Part shown: piece by piece, positions 8,082 through 17,330 of the stretch
Numbering within the stretch: position 1 is the first letter of the stretch
Layout: every line of letters starts with the position of its first letter
Origin: a virus
Length of the DNA: 64,000 nt
Direction: 5' to 3' (one strand)
Virus record (IMG/VR): IMGVR_UViG_3300030108_003689
Location: 1-64,000 of that record
Program-made: the position numbers and the translations under genes
The notes under the pieces: generated by a model
Seen by the model: the letters and a program-made list of their open reading frames with translations, nothing else
The model's database searches: none
What the model was told of the DNA's origin: nothing

Positions 8082-8363
8082 ATGGGTAACAATGTAACGA
8101 AACTTCGAAAGGCACGAAAGACAAACCAAAAGCGAGAGTGGACTTGGCCCTCATTTGTGGAGGCATGGCAAAGCTCTGAGTCTTACGAAGAAGTGCTTCA
8201 AAAGCTTGGCTTTGAAGACACGCAAGCTGATCGTAGCTTCATCGGTGTCAAGGCATCATACGCACGCAAGAAGGGTGTACCACTCAAGAAGCTACCGCGT
8301 AAGCCTCGTGCATCTAAAGTAGATTGGGACGGCCTCGCTGATCTTGCAAAGTCAGTGGTTTGA
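8082..8363 (+). CDS. small basic, probably DNA-binding, protein
   Basis: AGGAG SD; helical and Lys/Arg-rich. Confidence 0.75.
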   Translation: MGNNVTKLRKARKTNQKREWTWPSFVEAWQSSESYEEVLQKLGFEDTQADRSFIGVKASYARKKGVPLKKLPRKPRASKVDWDGLADLAKSVV

Positions 8364-8365
8364 TT

Positions 8366-8545
8366 ATGGAGGCATTAATCGAGCTTGTAGGCATATTCAT
8401 AAATGATGAACGTAAGCTTATGTTTCAGTTCATCAATCAACTAAGCTGGGTGATTGGACCTGCTTTTATCAAGTGGGAGACTGACAAACTTGTCAACCAC
8501 TGGTACACATTTGAACTGGAGGCTTGCTATGGCAAAGCGCAATAA
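8366..8545 (+). CDS. small hypothetical protein
   Basis: Fills the gap between genes; weak SD. Confidence 0.45.
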   Translation: MEALIELVGIFINDERKLMFQFINQLSWVIGPAFIKWETDKLVNHWYTFELEACYGKAQ

Positions 8546-9047
8546 CAAAGAGATACAGGAAGCAGAGGGGCCTTACAAAGTATTCTTGGCAGTCAAAGGT
8601 GACGCAGAACTGAATAAGAACTTCAGTTGTACCAGGGACGGAGTCCAGTACTACAAAGGCAAGAAGATGACCGAGCCGGACTTCTCTGAGGTCTCTGTAT
8701 ACCTCGCGCAAAAGTGGCGGGTAGTAACGACCAAGGAAGAACTCAAGGCAGGCATCATGGCAGCGTCAAAGCTAATCCAGCCTCAGTTGATCTATGGAAC
8801 CAACATATCGGATGACTACAGAGACAAGGTATCTAAGTACCTTGAGGAACATCCTGCATCATACCGACGCTATGACCTAACGACTGAAGCAGTAGCAATG
8901 TACGTTGACCCGGATGGGTGGAATGAACAACAACGTCTCACTGAGATGAAAATAGCAAAGGCCCTAAAAGAGCAAGGGCTTCAAAAAGTGCGAGTCACGC
9001 ACAAAGGAGAGCGAAAGATGAGATGGTTTCCAATCTCGGGAGCCTAA
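8529..9047 (+). CDS. VapE-helicase paralog lacking the ATPase core (N-domain plus winged-helix-like C-domain)
   Basis: GGAGG SD; C-terminus aligns by eye with the C-terminus of 11246..12580. Confidence 0.7.
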   Translation: MAKRNNKEIQEAEGPYKVFLAVKGDAELNKNFSCTRDGVQYYKGKKMTEPDFSEVSVYLAQKWRVVTTKEELKAGIMAASKLIQPQLIYGTNISDDYRDKVSKYLEEHPASYRRYDLTTEAVAMYVDPDGWNEQQRLTEMKIAKALKEQGLQKVRVTHKGERKMRWFPISGA

Positions 9048-9071
9048 TCAATCCATGAACAGGAGAGTGTG

Positions 9072-9566
9072 ATGGAACTTACATCACAAGAAATCATCGC
9101 CATTACAAAGGCGTTCAACACGAAGGCAGTCTCGCTCGCAAAGCAAGACATCGACAATAACTCTGAAATCGACGTGAACCTCGTCGTTAAGGTTGCTGGC
9201 AAGCTCAAGCGTGCCAAGAAACCAAAGCCAGCTAAGGGCACCTCCTCAATCCCGTGGAAGGTTGCTATGGCCCTGTTCGCCAAGCGTGCAGGGTTCACCA
9301 AGGAGCAGACCGCTAAGGTACTGCTCGAAACCCTCACAGTCTCTATTGAGGCTGACTCCGACAAGCAGGCTGAACTGCTCAAGGAGTCTGGGGTTGGCGA
9401 TGCCCTGGCTATGTTGGACCGCGAGGTCTTCTCTAAGCTCCCACCTATTGAGCGCGATGGCAACATCACGTTCAAGGTGGATGTCATTGAGGCGATCCGC
9501 GAGCCAATGTTGGTGGCTGACCAAGACGCTCCATCCCTTGGGGAAGGGGAAGAAGTGGCAAAGTAA
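9072..9566 (+). CDS. hypothetical protein
   Basis: AGGAGAG SD; followed by a terminator. Confidence 0.8.
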   Translation: MELTSQEIIAITKAFNTKAVSLAKQDIDNNSEIDVNLVVKVAGKLKRAKKPKPAKGTSSIPWKVAMALFAKRAGFTKEQTAKVLLETLTVSIEADSDKQAELLKESGVGDALAMLDREVFSKLPPIERDGNITFKVDVIEAIREPMLVADQDAPSLGEGEEVAK

Positions 9567-9572
9567 GTCACC

Positions 9573-9609
9573 GGGGCCGCCTCTTAGCGGGGGGGCGGCC
9601 CCACCTTTT
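9573..9609 (+). terminator. intrinsic terminator
   Basis: GGGGCCGCC...GGCGGCCCC stem followed by a short T run. Confidence 0.7.
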
Positions 9610-9710
9610 AGACCAGTCATCCAGTCTGTTTTTTACCTGTGCAGACTGGGTGTCCTACAGCCCGAGCAGGGAGGCATGTCGGGGGTCGAATAGATGCCTT
9701 ACTTTTTATT

Positions 9711-10061
9711 ATGCAAGCAGAAGACAACAACGACGATTACAACGAAGACTATGAACGCATTGATACGTTTCAGCTTGTGTTCCAGATGACCCAGAACCTG
9801 GGCGGCCTGAGGAAGGGCAACCTTTCGAAGATGGCCTACGTCTACGGAACCAGCCGATCCCGGCTACGTAGCATTCTGAAACGCGAAGCAAAAGCACCTA
9901 CTCTCGATACTTTGGTGTCATGGATCAACAGGGTGTACAGGATGACTGGAATGAAGGTTGTCTTGACGATTACCCCGGATCTAAAAATGCACTACAGCAT
10001 TGTAGACAAGGACAATGTTTCAGTCGATGGCGTGATCGTTCCGCCCAAAAACAGTTTGTAG
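9711..10061 (+). CDS. XRE-like HTH transcriptional regulator
   Basis: LSKMAYVYGTSRSRLRSILKREAKAPTLDTL fits the HTH pattern; start uncertain because no SD. Confidence 0.6.
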   Translation: MQAEDNNDDYNEDYERIDTFQLVFQMTQNLGGLRKGNLSKMAYVYGTSRSRLRSILKREAKAPTLDTLVSWINRVYRMTGMKVVLTITPDLKMHYSIVDKDNVSVDGVIVPPKNSL

Positions 10062-10117
10062 CTGATCGTCTGATCGACTACAGAGCAAAGCCCCTTAGGG
10101 ATTGATCCCCCTAAATA

Positions 10118-10185
10118 GTTGGGCTCCTGACTGAGCCCACCGGGTTTCCGGTGGTGCTCTTTTAGGAGCCCGTCAGGAGTCTAAC
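10118..10185 (+). promoter_or_regulatory. structured leader able to sequester the primase SD
   Basis: 10118-10131 is complementary to 10172-10185 (contains the SD), and alternatively to 10162-10171 or 10133-10138. Confidence 0.55.
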
Positions 10186-11253
10186 ATGTGGATACAGCAA
10201 GCAAAAACAGCCCCGATAACTTCGATAGCATCACAGCTTCAGTACAATCGTGGCAACGGTCAATCACTATCACCATGCCCGAGTTGCGGTCTTTTAGAGC
10301 GCGGGTCACGCGACAAAAAACGTGGGCCTATTGGTTTCGGTCGAAGTGAAATGGCATGGCAGTGTCACCAGTGCGGTGCGAAAGGCGATGTCGTTGACTT
10401 CATTTCATATCATTATTTCCAACAACCTCTACGAAACCTCAAGCGCGAAGAGCAGTCAGTAGTCCGAGATTGGTTTGCCGAACAGGGATACTGCACTCCT
10501 TCTGGTGTGCCATCTCATGTGCAGCCGGATCCGAAAAATCGTCCGCGTGTCAATCAACCCCCAACACAAGGATACGTTCGACCGCCGGAAGACGAGCTTA
10601 AGGAGCTTTGGTCACGCACAACTTCATTCGAAGAGGCTCTTCAGCAGCCTGCTACCTGGAGCAGCCGACTGAGCAAATGGCTGATTGGAAGGAGGTTTGC
10701 TCCCGCAGTGCTCGACAGTACACATTGCGTTCGAGTCCTGCCGATTCCAACTGAATACAAATATCCAGAGTGGTTTCCTCATCAATGGGGCGGCGTGTAC
10801 CGCATTGCTGCACCATGTTTCGAACCGGATGGATCATTCGCCAGCATTCATTGTAGAAGCGTCACCTACACCAAAGGTCGCCAACCGTCAGGATCAAAGA
10901 CGAGATGGCCTACTGGTTACGAGGCCGGTGGCTTGTTGATGGCCAACGAAAGCGCCCAACGACTCATGAAGCAAGACATCGATAATGACCTTCAAGGATT
11001 TTTGATTTGCGAAGGGATTACCGACTTCATGCGTGCATGTGAGCAGGCTTTTCGAGAGTCGCTCAAGCTTGCAATTGTTGCCGGTACTTCAGGGAGCTAC
11101 AAATCTCTTGGTAAGATCGACATCCCTTCTTCTCTGAAAATATTCATAGCAACCGACACAGATGATTCCGGCGATGCATATGCGTCAGAAATCTGCGACC
11201 AACTTCCCCAACACACATTGTATCGCGTACCGCTGGAGCAAAAAAATGGCTGA
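10186..11253 (+). CDS. DNA primase (Zn finger plus Toprim)
   Basis: CPSC...CHQCGAKGDVVDF zinc finger; Toprim motifs ICEGITD and ATDTDDSG. Confidence 0.85.
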   Translation: MWIQQAKTAPITSIASQLQYNRGNGQSLSPCPSCGLLERGSRDKKRGPIGFGRSEMAWQCHQCGAKGDVVDFISYHYFQQPLRNLKREEQSVVRDWFAEQGYCTPSGVPSHVQPDPKNRPRVNQPPTQGYVRPPEDELKELWSRTTSFEEALQQPATWSSRLSKWLIGRRFAPAVLDSTHCVRVLPIPTEYKYPEWFPHQWGGVYRIAAPCFEPDGSFASIHCRSVTYTKGRQPSGSKTRWPTGYEAGGLLMANESAQRLMKQDIDNDLQGFLICEGITDFMRACEQAFRESLKLAIVAGTSGSYKSLGKIDIPSSLKIFIATDTDDSGDAYASEICDQLPQHTLYRVPLEQKNG

Positions 11254-12580
11254 TTTAGATGAGGTTCTCGCCGCTGGACAGACTCGACTCGCAGACTTGC
11301 TGCACATTGCTGAAAATCAGAACTGCATCAATCAGCCCACAAGCCAAGCACAGGAACCTGAACTCTCAGAGCATGAGTCAGATGATCGGATCGTAGACAT
11401 TCTCGATCAGTACATGGATCGAAACGGTCAACCTTCTGGCCGGTTTCGCAAAAACAAGAACAACCTGTACATCATCCTTAGAAGAGATCGGAGATGGCGT
11501 GGCCGGGTCTGGCTAAACAGCTTCACCAATACGCTCAAGATCGATGATCGCGACTACAAGGACACAGACGATACGAGAATATCTTTGTGGGTCTCTCGTT
11601 CCTATGGTCTTGAGTACGGTGAGGCGGCTGTAAGCTCAACCGTCCAACTCATTGGTGAAGAGAACAAGCGGAACCCACTATTGGAGTGGCTGGATTCGAT
11701 AGAGTGGGATGGGGTCAATCGTCTCAACTCTTGGGTCGTAGAGGCGACGGACTGTGAGGACAACGAGCTTAACCGAAAGATGGGCGAGAAATGGCTTATC
11801 CAGGCGATTGCTCGTGCATACGAGCCCGGTTGTAAGGCGGACTGCGTTTTGATCCTGGCTGGCGCTCAAGGCGCAGGCAAGAGCACTTTGTTCAGGACTC
11901 TGGCAACTGATGAATACTTCGCGGATACGCCGCTCGACATCGGTTCTGCCAACTCCTACAGCCAGATTGCCCGCGCTTGGATCTATGAGGTAGCCGAGTT
12001 GGACTCTGTTCGTCGATCAGCTAACAGCGCAACCAAGGCGTTCCTCAGCGCCCAGGAGGATAACTTCCGGCCTGCGTATGGTCGTCACGCGATCACCATC
12101 AAGCGACATGTAGTGTTCGCAGGAACGACGAATGAATCCCAGTTTATCAATGATATGACTGGATCGCGTAGGTATTGGCCGATCAAAGTAGACGCGGTCA
12201 ATCTCAACTGGGTTCGAGAAAACAGAGATCAACTTTGGGCTGAGGCTATACTCGCGTACAAAAATGGTGAGACTTGGTATCTGGATAAAAAGCTCGACAA
12301 GGTTCGACATGATTCGAGCAAGATATACCGACAAGACGACCCATGGTTGGAACCTATATCGAGCTTCCTAATGCTAAATCGTGGTTACGTGACAATGACT
12401 ATGGTTATGGAAGATGGGTTAAAAATCGAACGAGGACGAATGAATAGACGAGATGAGATGAGAATATCAGAGATACTTAGGGAGCTTGATTACGAAAAGA
12501 AAAGGATGACCGTAGGCGGAAAAAGAAAGTATGTCTGGGCTAAAAATGAAATACTAACAATGAAAAGTAAGGAAGCATGA
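11246..12580 (+). CDS. VapE/VirE-family P-loop helicase
   Basis: PGCKADCVLILAGAQGAGKST, EVAELD, RPAYGR, GTTN, DMTGSRRYWP, RDQLWAEA. Confidence 0.9.
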   Translation: MADLDEVLAAGQTRLADLLHIAENQNCINQPTSQAQEPELSEHESDDRIVDILDQYMDRNGQPSGRFRKNKNNLYIILRRDRRWRGRVWLNSFTNTLKIDDRDYKDTDDTRISLWVSRSYGLEYGEAAVSSTVQLIGEENKRNPLLEWLDSIEWDGVNRLNSWVVEATDCEDNELNRKMGEKWLIQAIARAYEPGCKADCVLILAGAQGAGKSTLFRTLATDEYFADTPLDIGSANSYSQIARAWIYEVAELDSVRRSANSATKAFLSAQEDNFRPAYGRHAITIKRHVVFAGTTNESQFINDMTGSRRYWPIKVDAVNLNWVRENRDQLWAEAILAYKNGETWYLDKKLDKVRHDSSKIYRQDDPWLEPISSFLMLNRGYVTMTMVMEDGLKIERGRMNRRDEMRISEILRELDYEKKRMTVGGKRKYVWAKNEILTMKSKEA

Positions 12581-13953
12581 TGAGTCAAGGAAGAGTAGCT
12601 ATGGGTGGTGGGATGTTCCTCGAGCCCGGAAGTAATAATGAAGAAGATATTTTGAGTAGATTTAAACTGTTGAACCCAGAATATAAGATGGCGGTTGGGC
12701 TGCGGGAGAAGGGTAAGTTTATCGCTTTACCCGATAAGTACATTAACGCATGCCATCGCATTCCACATGAGCACCCCTGGGGCGGAGGTCTTGCGATTCC
12801 GAGGAAGGCTGCGGCACAAATCAATCTCGGATCTTTCGCTGATGTGAGAACAGAGCCACAAGCTGAAAGTCTTAAGTTGGCATCAGGTTTCAGCCTGAGA
12901 GATTATCAACAAGACGCATTAGACGAGTGGGTCAAAAGTGGTGGCGAGGGCGTAATCATTGCACCGTGCGGTGCCGGAAAGACTGCTATCGGACTAACGG
13001 CAGCAACGGTATTCGATACGAAGTGCTTGATCTTGGTTCACACCAACGATCTGGCTGTCCAGTGGATGAATCGATGCAAGTCAATGCTCGGTACGGAGGC
13101 AACGCAGTATGGCGCGGGTAAGAAAGATGACTCGGGACGGATTGTTGTCGCAACTTTCCAGACTCTTGAACGAATGTCATTCACAGAGAGGTACAACTTC
13201 GGGCGTCAGTTCGGACTCTGTATTGTTGATGAAGCACACCACGTTCCAGCGCACACCTTCTGCTCAGTTATGTTCTGTATGCCCGCGCGATACCGACTCG
13301 GACTAACGGCCACGCCGAACAGACCAGATGGCCTAACATCCATTTTGTGGTGGCACTTCGGACAAGCAGTATACGAAATCACTAACGCACAGCTTGCAGG
13401 ATCTGGTCACGTTGTTCCCCCTCGAATCGAGTGGTTCTTTACTGATTTTGCGGGGCCGCTACACCGAGTGGACTGGTCTAAGCTCATCACATTGATGACA
13501 ACGGATGAGGATCGTAATCAAAAGATTATCGATCGTGTCGTCCAGGCTTGTCGCAATAACAGGCAGGTCCTGGTCTTATCTGATCGGGTGGATCATTGTA
13601 TAAAGTTGGCAGAGCAAATCAGCGCACATGACATCATCGCTGAACCACTGGTCGGTAAGATGACTAAGAAACAACGAGCAGAGGTTTTAGATCGTGCGGA
13701 TAAAAGACAAATTCAGGTCGTTTGCGCGACCACGGTTGCTGATGAAGGGCTTGACCTACCGTCTTTGGACACAGTTGTGCTTACAACTCCGACAAAGGCT
13801 ATGGGTCGAATACAACAAAGAATCGGCAGAGTCATGCGACCACACCCTGAAAAACAAGATCCGATCGTTATTGATTGCGTCGATGATATTGGATCAATGC
13901 GCGGTTTGGCTCGAAAAAGAAATAAACTCTATACGCAGATCGGATGTCATTAA
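12577..13953 (+). CDS. superfamily 2 (DEAH; XPB/ResIII-like) helicase
   Basis: LRDYQ, APCGAGKT, DEAHH, GLTATP, EGLDLP, QRIGRVMR. Confidence 0.92.
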   Translation: MMSQGRVAMGGGMFLEPGSNNEEDILSRFKLLNPEYKMAVGLREKGKFIALPDKYINACHRIPHEHPWGGGLAIPRKAAAQINLGSFADVRTEPQAESLKLASGFSLRDYQQDALDEWVKSGGEGVIIAPCGAGKTAIGLTAATVFDTKCLILVHTNDLAVQWMNRCKSMLGTEATQYGAGKKDDSGRIVVATFQTLERMSFTERYNFGRQFGLCIVDEAHHVPAHTFCSVMFCMPARYRLGLTATPNRPDGLTSILWWHFGQAVYEITNAQLAGSGHVVPPRIEWFFTDFAGPLHRVDWSKLITLMTTDEDRNQKIIDRVVQACRNNRQVLVLSDRVDHCIKLAEQISAHDIIAEPLVGKMTKKQRAEVLDRADKRQIQVVCATTVADEGLDLPSLDTVVLTTPTKAMGRIQQRIGRVMRPHPEKQDPIVIDCVDDIGSMRGLARKRNKLYTQIGCH

Positions 13954-13954
13954 G

Positions 13955-14164
13955 ATGGTTGATATTGTACAGAAACTACCAGTAGGTTGGTCAGTAATAG
14001 AAGCTGAAGATGAATGGATCGTCTATGACCAATATGATGAGCTTATATGCAAAGCCAGTACACCGGAGAAGCTCAATAGGCTTTTAGATATTGAGTTTCA
14101 CATCGCTCAAACATTTGTAAGCGTGATGCACGCAATCAAAAATATTGAGCCTGCTGAAGCCTGA
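13955..14164 (+). CDS. small hypothetical protein
   Basis: ATG immediately after the helicase stop. Confidence 0.55.
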   Translation: MVDIVQKLPVGWSVIEAEDEWIVYDQYDELICKASTPEKLNRLLDIEFHIAQTFVSVMHAIKNIEPAEA

Positions 14165-14398
14165 TCATCGTTTTATAGACAACCCAACCCAGTCTCTGAC
14201 TGAAACTTGGTTGTTTGTGAGATCCTCTACAGCGATGGCAAGTCTCAACGAGGGCACTGATCGTCCCGATTCCAGATCTCTCAGATAGGGAACGGAAATG
14301 CTCAGGTCTCGTTGAGACAAGCTCTCGTTGATCCACTTGCAAAAAGCAAAGCGACTATTGAATCGAGGCTGAGCCTCTCGATAGTTCCTGATGTTCAT
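14165..14398 (-). CDS. Cro/XRE-like HTH repressor
   Basis: ISVPYLRDLESGRSVPSLRLAIAVEDLT..QVSVRDW; divergent from the exonuclease gene. Confidence 0.8.
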   Translation of the reverse strand: MNIRNYREAQPRFNSRFAFCKWINESLSQRDLSISVPYLRDLESGRSVPSLRLAIAVEDLTNNQVSVRDWVGLSIKR

Positions 14399-14429
14399 TA
14401 AATGTCCAGTCAGATTTTGTCCGGTAAAA

Positions 14430-14448
14430 GTGATGGTATTACCATCAC
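14430..14448. promoter_or_regulatory. perfect palindrome, probable operator
   Basis: GTGATGGTA-T-TACCATCAC in the divergent intergenic region. Confidence 0.65.
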
Positions 14449-14489
14449 ATCATGATACTATCCAATCGTACAAGCAAATAGGAGAAAAA

Positions 14490-15401
14490 ATGCCAAACGA
14501 CTTGCCTACTATAGGCAGCAGTAGCATCGGAGCGATACTCGGCCTTTCGCCCTGGAGTAGTCCATGGGATGTATGGGCCAGGGCACATGGGTTGACTGAA
14601 AGCTCATCATCAGCAGCGACTCAACGAGGACACATCCTCGAACCGGCAATCGGAGCGCACTACGCACACCTAAATAACGTTCAAATCAAAAGCGGACCCG
14701 CATACGAGGCCGATCCAATCATAGGACCGGAAGAGTGGATGCACGCTCGTCCCGATTTCTTTGTCACCTCAGACAGTGCAAAGTGGTTGCTTGAGATCAA
14801 ATCTACTCGAAAATTCGATCACAGGTGGGGCTTTTCTGGTACAAACTCAGTCCCACCGTACTATGCCGCCCAGTGTGTTTGGCAGATGGCGGTAACTGAC
14901 GATGACCGATGCGATCTTGCGGCCTTCGCCACGATGTCAGACGAGTATAGGTGCTTCAACATTTATCGAGACAAGTCAGTGGAATCCAAGATTCTTGACT
15001 ATGTGCGCGACTGGTATGACAAGCACATACGTGCTGGCGCTCCGCCCGAAGTTGATGGATCAACAGCCTGCTCTAAGTCTTTAGCAAAGCTCTTCGAGCA
15101 AGAATCCAAGACATTCATCGAGCCTTCTGATACCCACATCGAGTTGGCGGCAAAGCTGAAAGACATACGCCGACAATGCGCCGAGCTTGACGATCAAAAG
15201 CGTCGTTTGGAAAATCAACTCAAAGAACAGATTGGCACCGCATATGGTATTGCTGGTGTCGCAACATGGTCCCAGAGCAAACCAAGAAGTCGATTCGATA
15301 GATCATCTTTCGAAGCCGACAACCCAGACCTCGCCAAGAAGTACATCATAGAAGGCGAACCAACCAGAACATTCAGATTCAACTACACAGGAGAGAAATA
15401 A
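14490..15401 (+). CDS. YqaJ/lambda-type recombination exonuclease
   Basis: IGSS..GAILGLSPW, RGHILEP, ARPDF, LLEIKS, YAAQCVWQMAV. Confidence 0.9.
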   Translation: MPNDLPTIGSSSIGAILGLSPWSSPWDVWARAHGLTESSSSAATQRGHILEPAIGAHYAHLNNVQIKSGPAYEADPIIGPEEWMHARPDFFVTSDSAKWLLEIKSTRKFDHRWGFSGTNSVPPYYAAQCVWQMAVTDDDRCDLAAFATMSDEYRCFNIYRDKSVESKILDYVRDWYDKHIRAGAPPEVDGSTACSKSLAKLFEQESKTFIEPSDTHIELAAKLKDIRRQCAELDDQKRRLENQLKEQIGTAYGIAGVATWSQSKPRSRFDRSSFEADNPDLAKKYIIEGEPTRTFRFNYTGEK

Positions 15402-16225
15402 TGGCTAACGCACTACATCCAGCAGTTCAGTTTAGAAACAACGTCGAGTCCAAGGCTTCTGATTTTCTTCAGACGATGGTAGGCACAGAAGAAGGAGCGC
15501 AGGCCGCTGGTCGAGTTGCGCTGGCATTTAGACAAGCAGCACAGGTCAATGACCGTCTGTACTCTTGTGACCCAGCCTCGGTCGCCCAGGCGGTTGCCTT
15601 GTCTGCTATGACTGGTCTTATGCCCGGTGGGCCACTGCCTGACGTTTACTTGCTACCAAGAGGCAAAACGCTTCAATGGCAAGTATCCCACCGAGGGTTC
15701 GCCAAGCTCGCCGCCAGGGGAGGAGTCCGACTCCGAACCAAGGCTGTGTTTGAAAGCGACACGTTCCATGTCATCGAAGGAACGGAGCCAAAGCTGGAAC
15801 ACGTACCAGACCTAAACGCACAACAATCATGGGAATCTCTTACAGCGGTATACGTAGTTGCACACTACAAGGACGGCTCTAAAGACTTTGTCGTCATCCG
15901 TAAGGCCGACATCGAAAAGCGTAGGGCCAACTCCGATGCCTGGAAGCGAAACAAGAACCAATCCCCATGGGGCCAGTGGCCTATCGAGATGGCACTCAAG
16001 ACTGGACTTAGGTATGCGTTTGCTCGCGGCATCGTCCCTATGGATGATACAACTTCCAATGCCTATGATCATGATGGCAAGCAAGATGCCATAGCTGAGG
16101 ATCTCAAAGTCGTTGAGATGAATGATATTCCTGAGATGGATTCTATGAATCTGTTGACCGAACAACTCGACGAGCTTTCAGAGGTTAAGGAGAAAGAGAA
16201 GGAAGAATCCGTACTCGAAGATTAG
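15401..16225 (+). CDS. recT: RecT-family single-strand annealing recombinase
   Basis: Follows the YqaJ gene; GLMP..YLLP, SHRGFAKLA.R, SPW..W..EMALKT.LR. Confidence 0.85.
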   Translation: MANALHPAVQFRNNVESKASDFLQTMVGTEEGAQAAGRVALAFRQAAQVNDRLYSCDPASVAQAVALSAMTGLMPGGPLPDVYLLPRGKTLQWQVSHRGFAKLAARGGVRLRTKAVFESDTFHVIEGTEPKLEHVPDLNAQQSWESLTAVYVVAHYKDGSKDFVVIRKADIEKRRANSDAWKRNKNQSPWGQWPIEMALKTGLRYAFARGIVPMDDTTSNAYDHDGKQDAIAEDLKVVEMNDIPEMDSMNLLTEQLDELSEVKEKEKEESVLED

Positions 16226-16233
16226 GTACCAAT

Positions 16234-16455
16234 ATGGCTCGTGACTACAAAAAGGAATACCGGGAATACCATAGCAAACCGGAGCAGAAGAAGCGGCGGG
16301 CGGGTAGAAATCGCGCTCGCCGCATCATGACAATGCTCAAACGTGTTAAAAAGGGTGATGGTAAAGATGTCCATCACAAAGACGGAAACCCAAAAAATAA
16401 CTCTAAGAAAAACCTTAGAGTTGAAAGCAAAAAAACAAATCGTTCGAGAAAGTAA
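16234..16455 (+). CDS. small HNH-like nuclease
   Basis: GDGKDVHHKDGNPKNNSKKNLRV....NR. Confidence 0.75.
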   Translation: MARDYKKEYREYHSKPEQKKRRAGRNRARRIMTMLKRVKKGDGKDVHHKDGNPKNNSKKNLRVESKKTNRSRK

Positions 16456-16467
16456 TAGGAGAAGACA

Positions 16468-17124
16468 ATGAGTCTTTTTGAAGAAGTAGAGCGCGCTAAA
16501 AATCCATTCGTTGGCAAAACACTACAAGAAGGAAACAAGCAAGCGACGTTTATCAACCAAACATCGTCACTGCTTAGCATTTTGAATGAAATTATTTCTT
16601 CTGAAAAGTTACCAACGAAGAAGGCAAAGGAGTGCAAGGACTACAGAACTAAGCTGGGCGATTGCTCCTGGCCTCTGCACAACCTTCAAGGAAAGGTGAA
16701 CGAGCAAACCTGGATGTCTATCGTTCAATCAGCAATCAGAGGCATGCTCAAGACCATTCGCAACTCTCAGCCTAATGGTGAGTGGGCGCTGATGGACTAT
16801 GAAGTGAAGATCGATTTTGCACCAGACGGCGTTGAGCGTTTGTATTTGGTGGTCAAGTTTGTAGATGTAGACAACACCGAAGAGCTTCTTTACAGGAACG
16901 GAGTGCCGATTACGACTACTGTAAATGTAAACACAAGCCCAATCGCACCCGAAGTTGTCGAAGCTTTGAGCAGCAAGAACACAGATGATGGTGAGCTTAA
17001 AGAGTTGATCAAGCAACTGGTTGTTGCGATGTCCGCTGGTGCCATTGCAAGCAACGCTCAGACAACAGAAGAAATCGAAACGTACCCAGTACCAGACGAA
17101 GAAAAAGTTGTCTTTGACGATTAA
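16468..17124 (+). CDS. hypothetical protein
   Basis: AGGAG SD; 218 aa. Confidence 0.75.
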   Translation: MSLFEEVERAKNPFVGKTLQEGNKQATFINQTSSLLSILNEIISSEKLPTKKAKECKDYRTKLGDCSWPLHNLQGKVNEQTWMSIVQSAIRGMLKTIRNSQPNGEWALMDYEVKIDFAPDGVERLYLVVKFVDVDNTEELLYRNGVPITTTVNVNTSPIAPEVVEALSSKNTDDGELKELIKQLVVAMSAGAIASNAQTTEEIETYPVPDEEKVVFDD

Positions 17125-17126
17125 CG

Positions 17127-17330
17127 ATGCCGCTGTATCAATTCGTCTGCCCTAACTGCAATCAAACCGTAGAAGTTTTGCAGGCATTTGGAGACCCAAG
17201 CCCCCATTGTGGGGCTTGTGCTCTCGACTTCGGCACATCCGTCGATATGAAGCGAAAGATATGTGTCACCAACTTCAGCCTCAAGGGCGAAGGATGGGCC
17301 AGGGACAACTACGGATTGAAGAAGAAGTAA
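17127..17330 (+). CDS. FmdB-family zinc-ribbon protein
   Basis: MPLYQFVCPNC...CGAC...FSLKGEGWARDNY. Confidence 0.85.
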   Translation: MPLYQFVCPNCNQTVEVLQAFGDPSPHCGACALDFGTSVDMKRKICVTNFSLKGEGWARDNYGLKKK

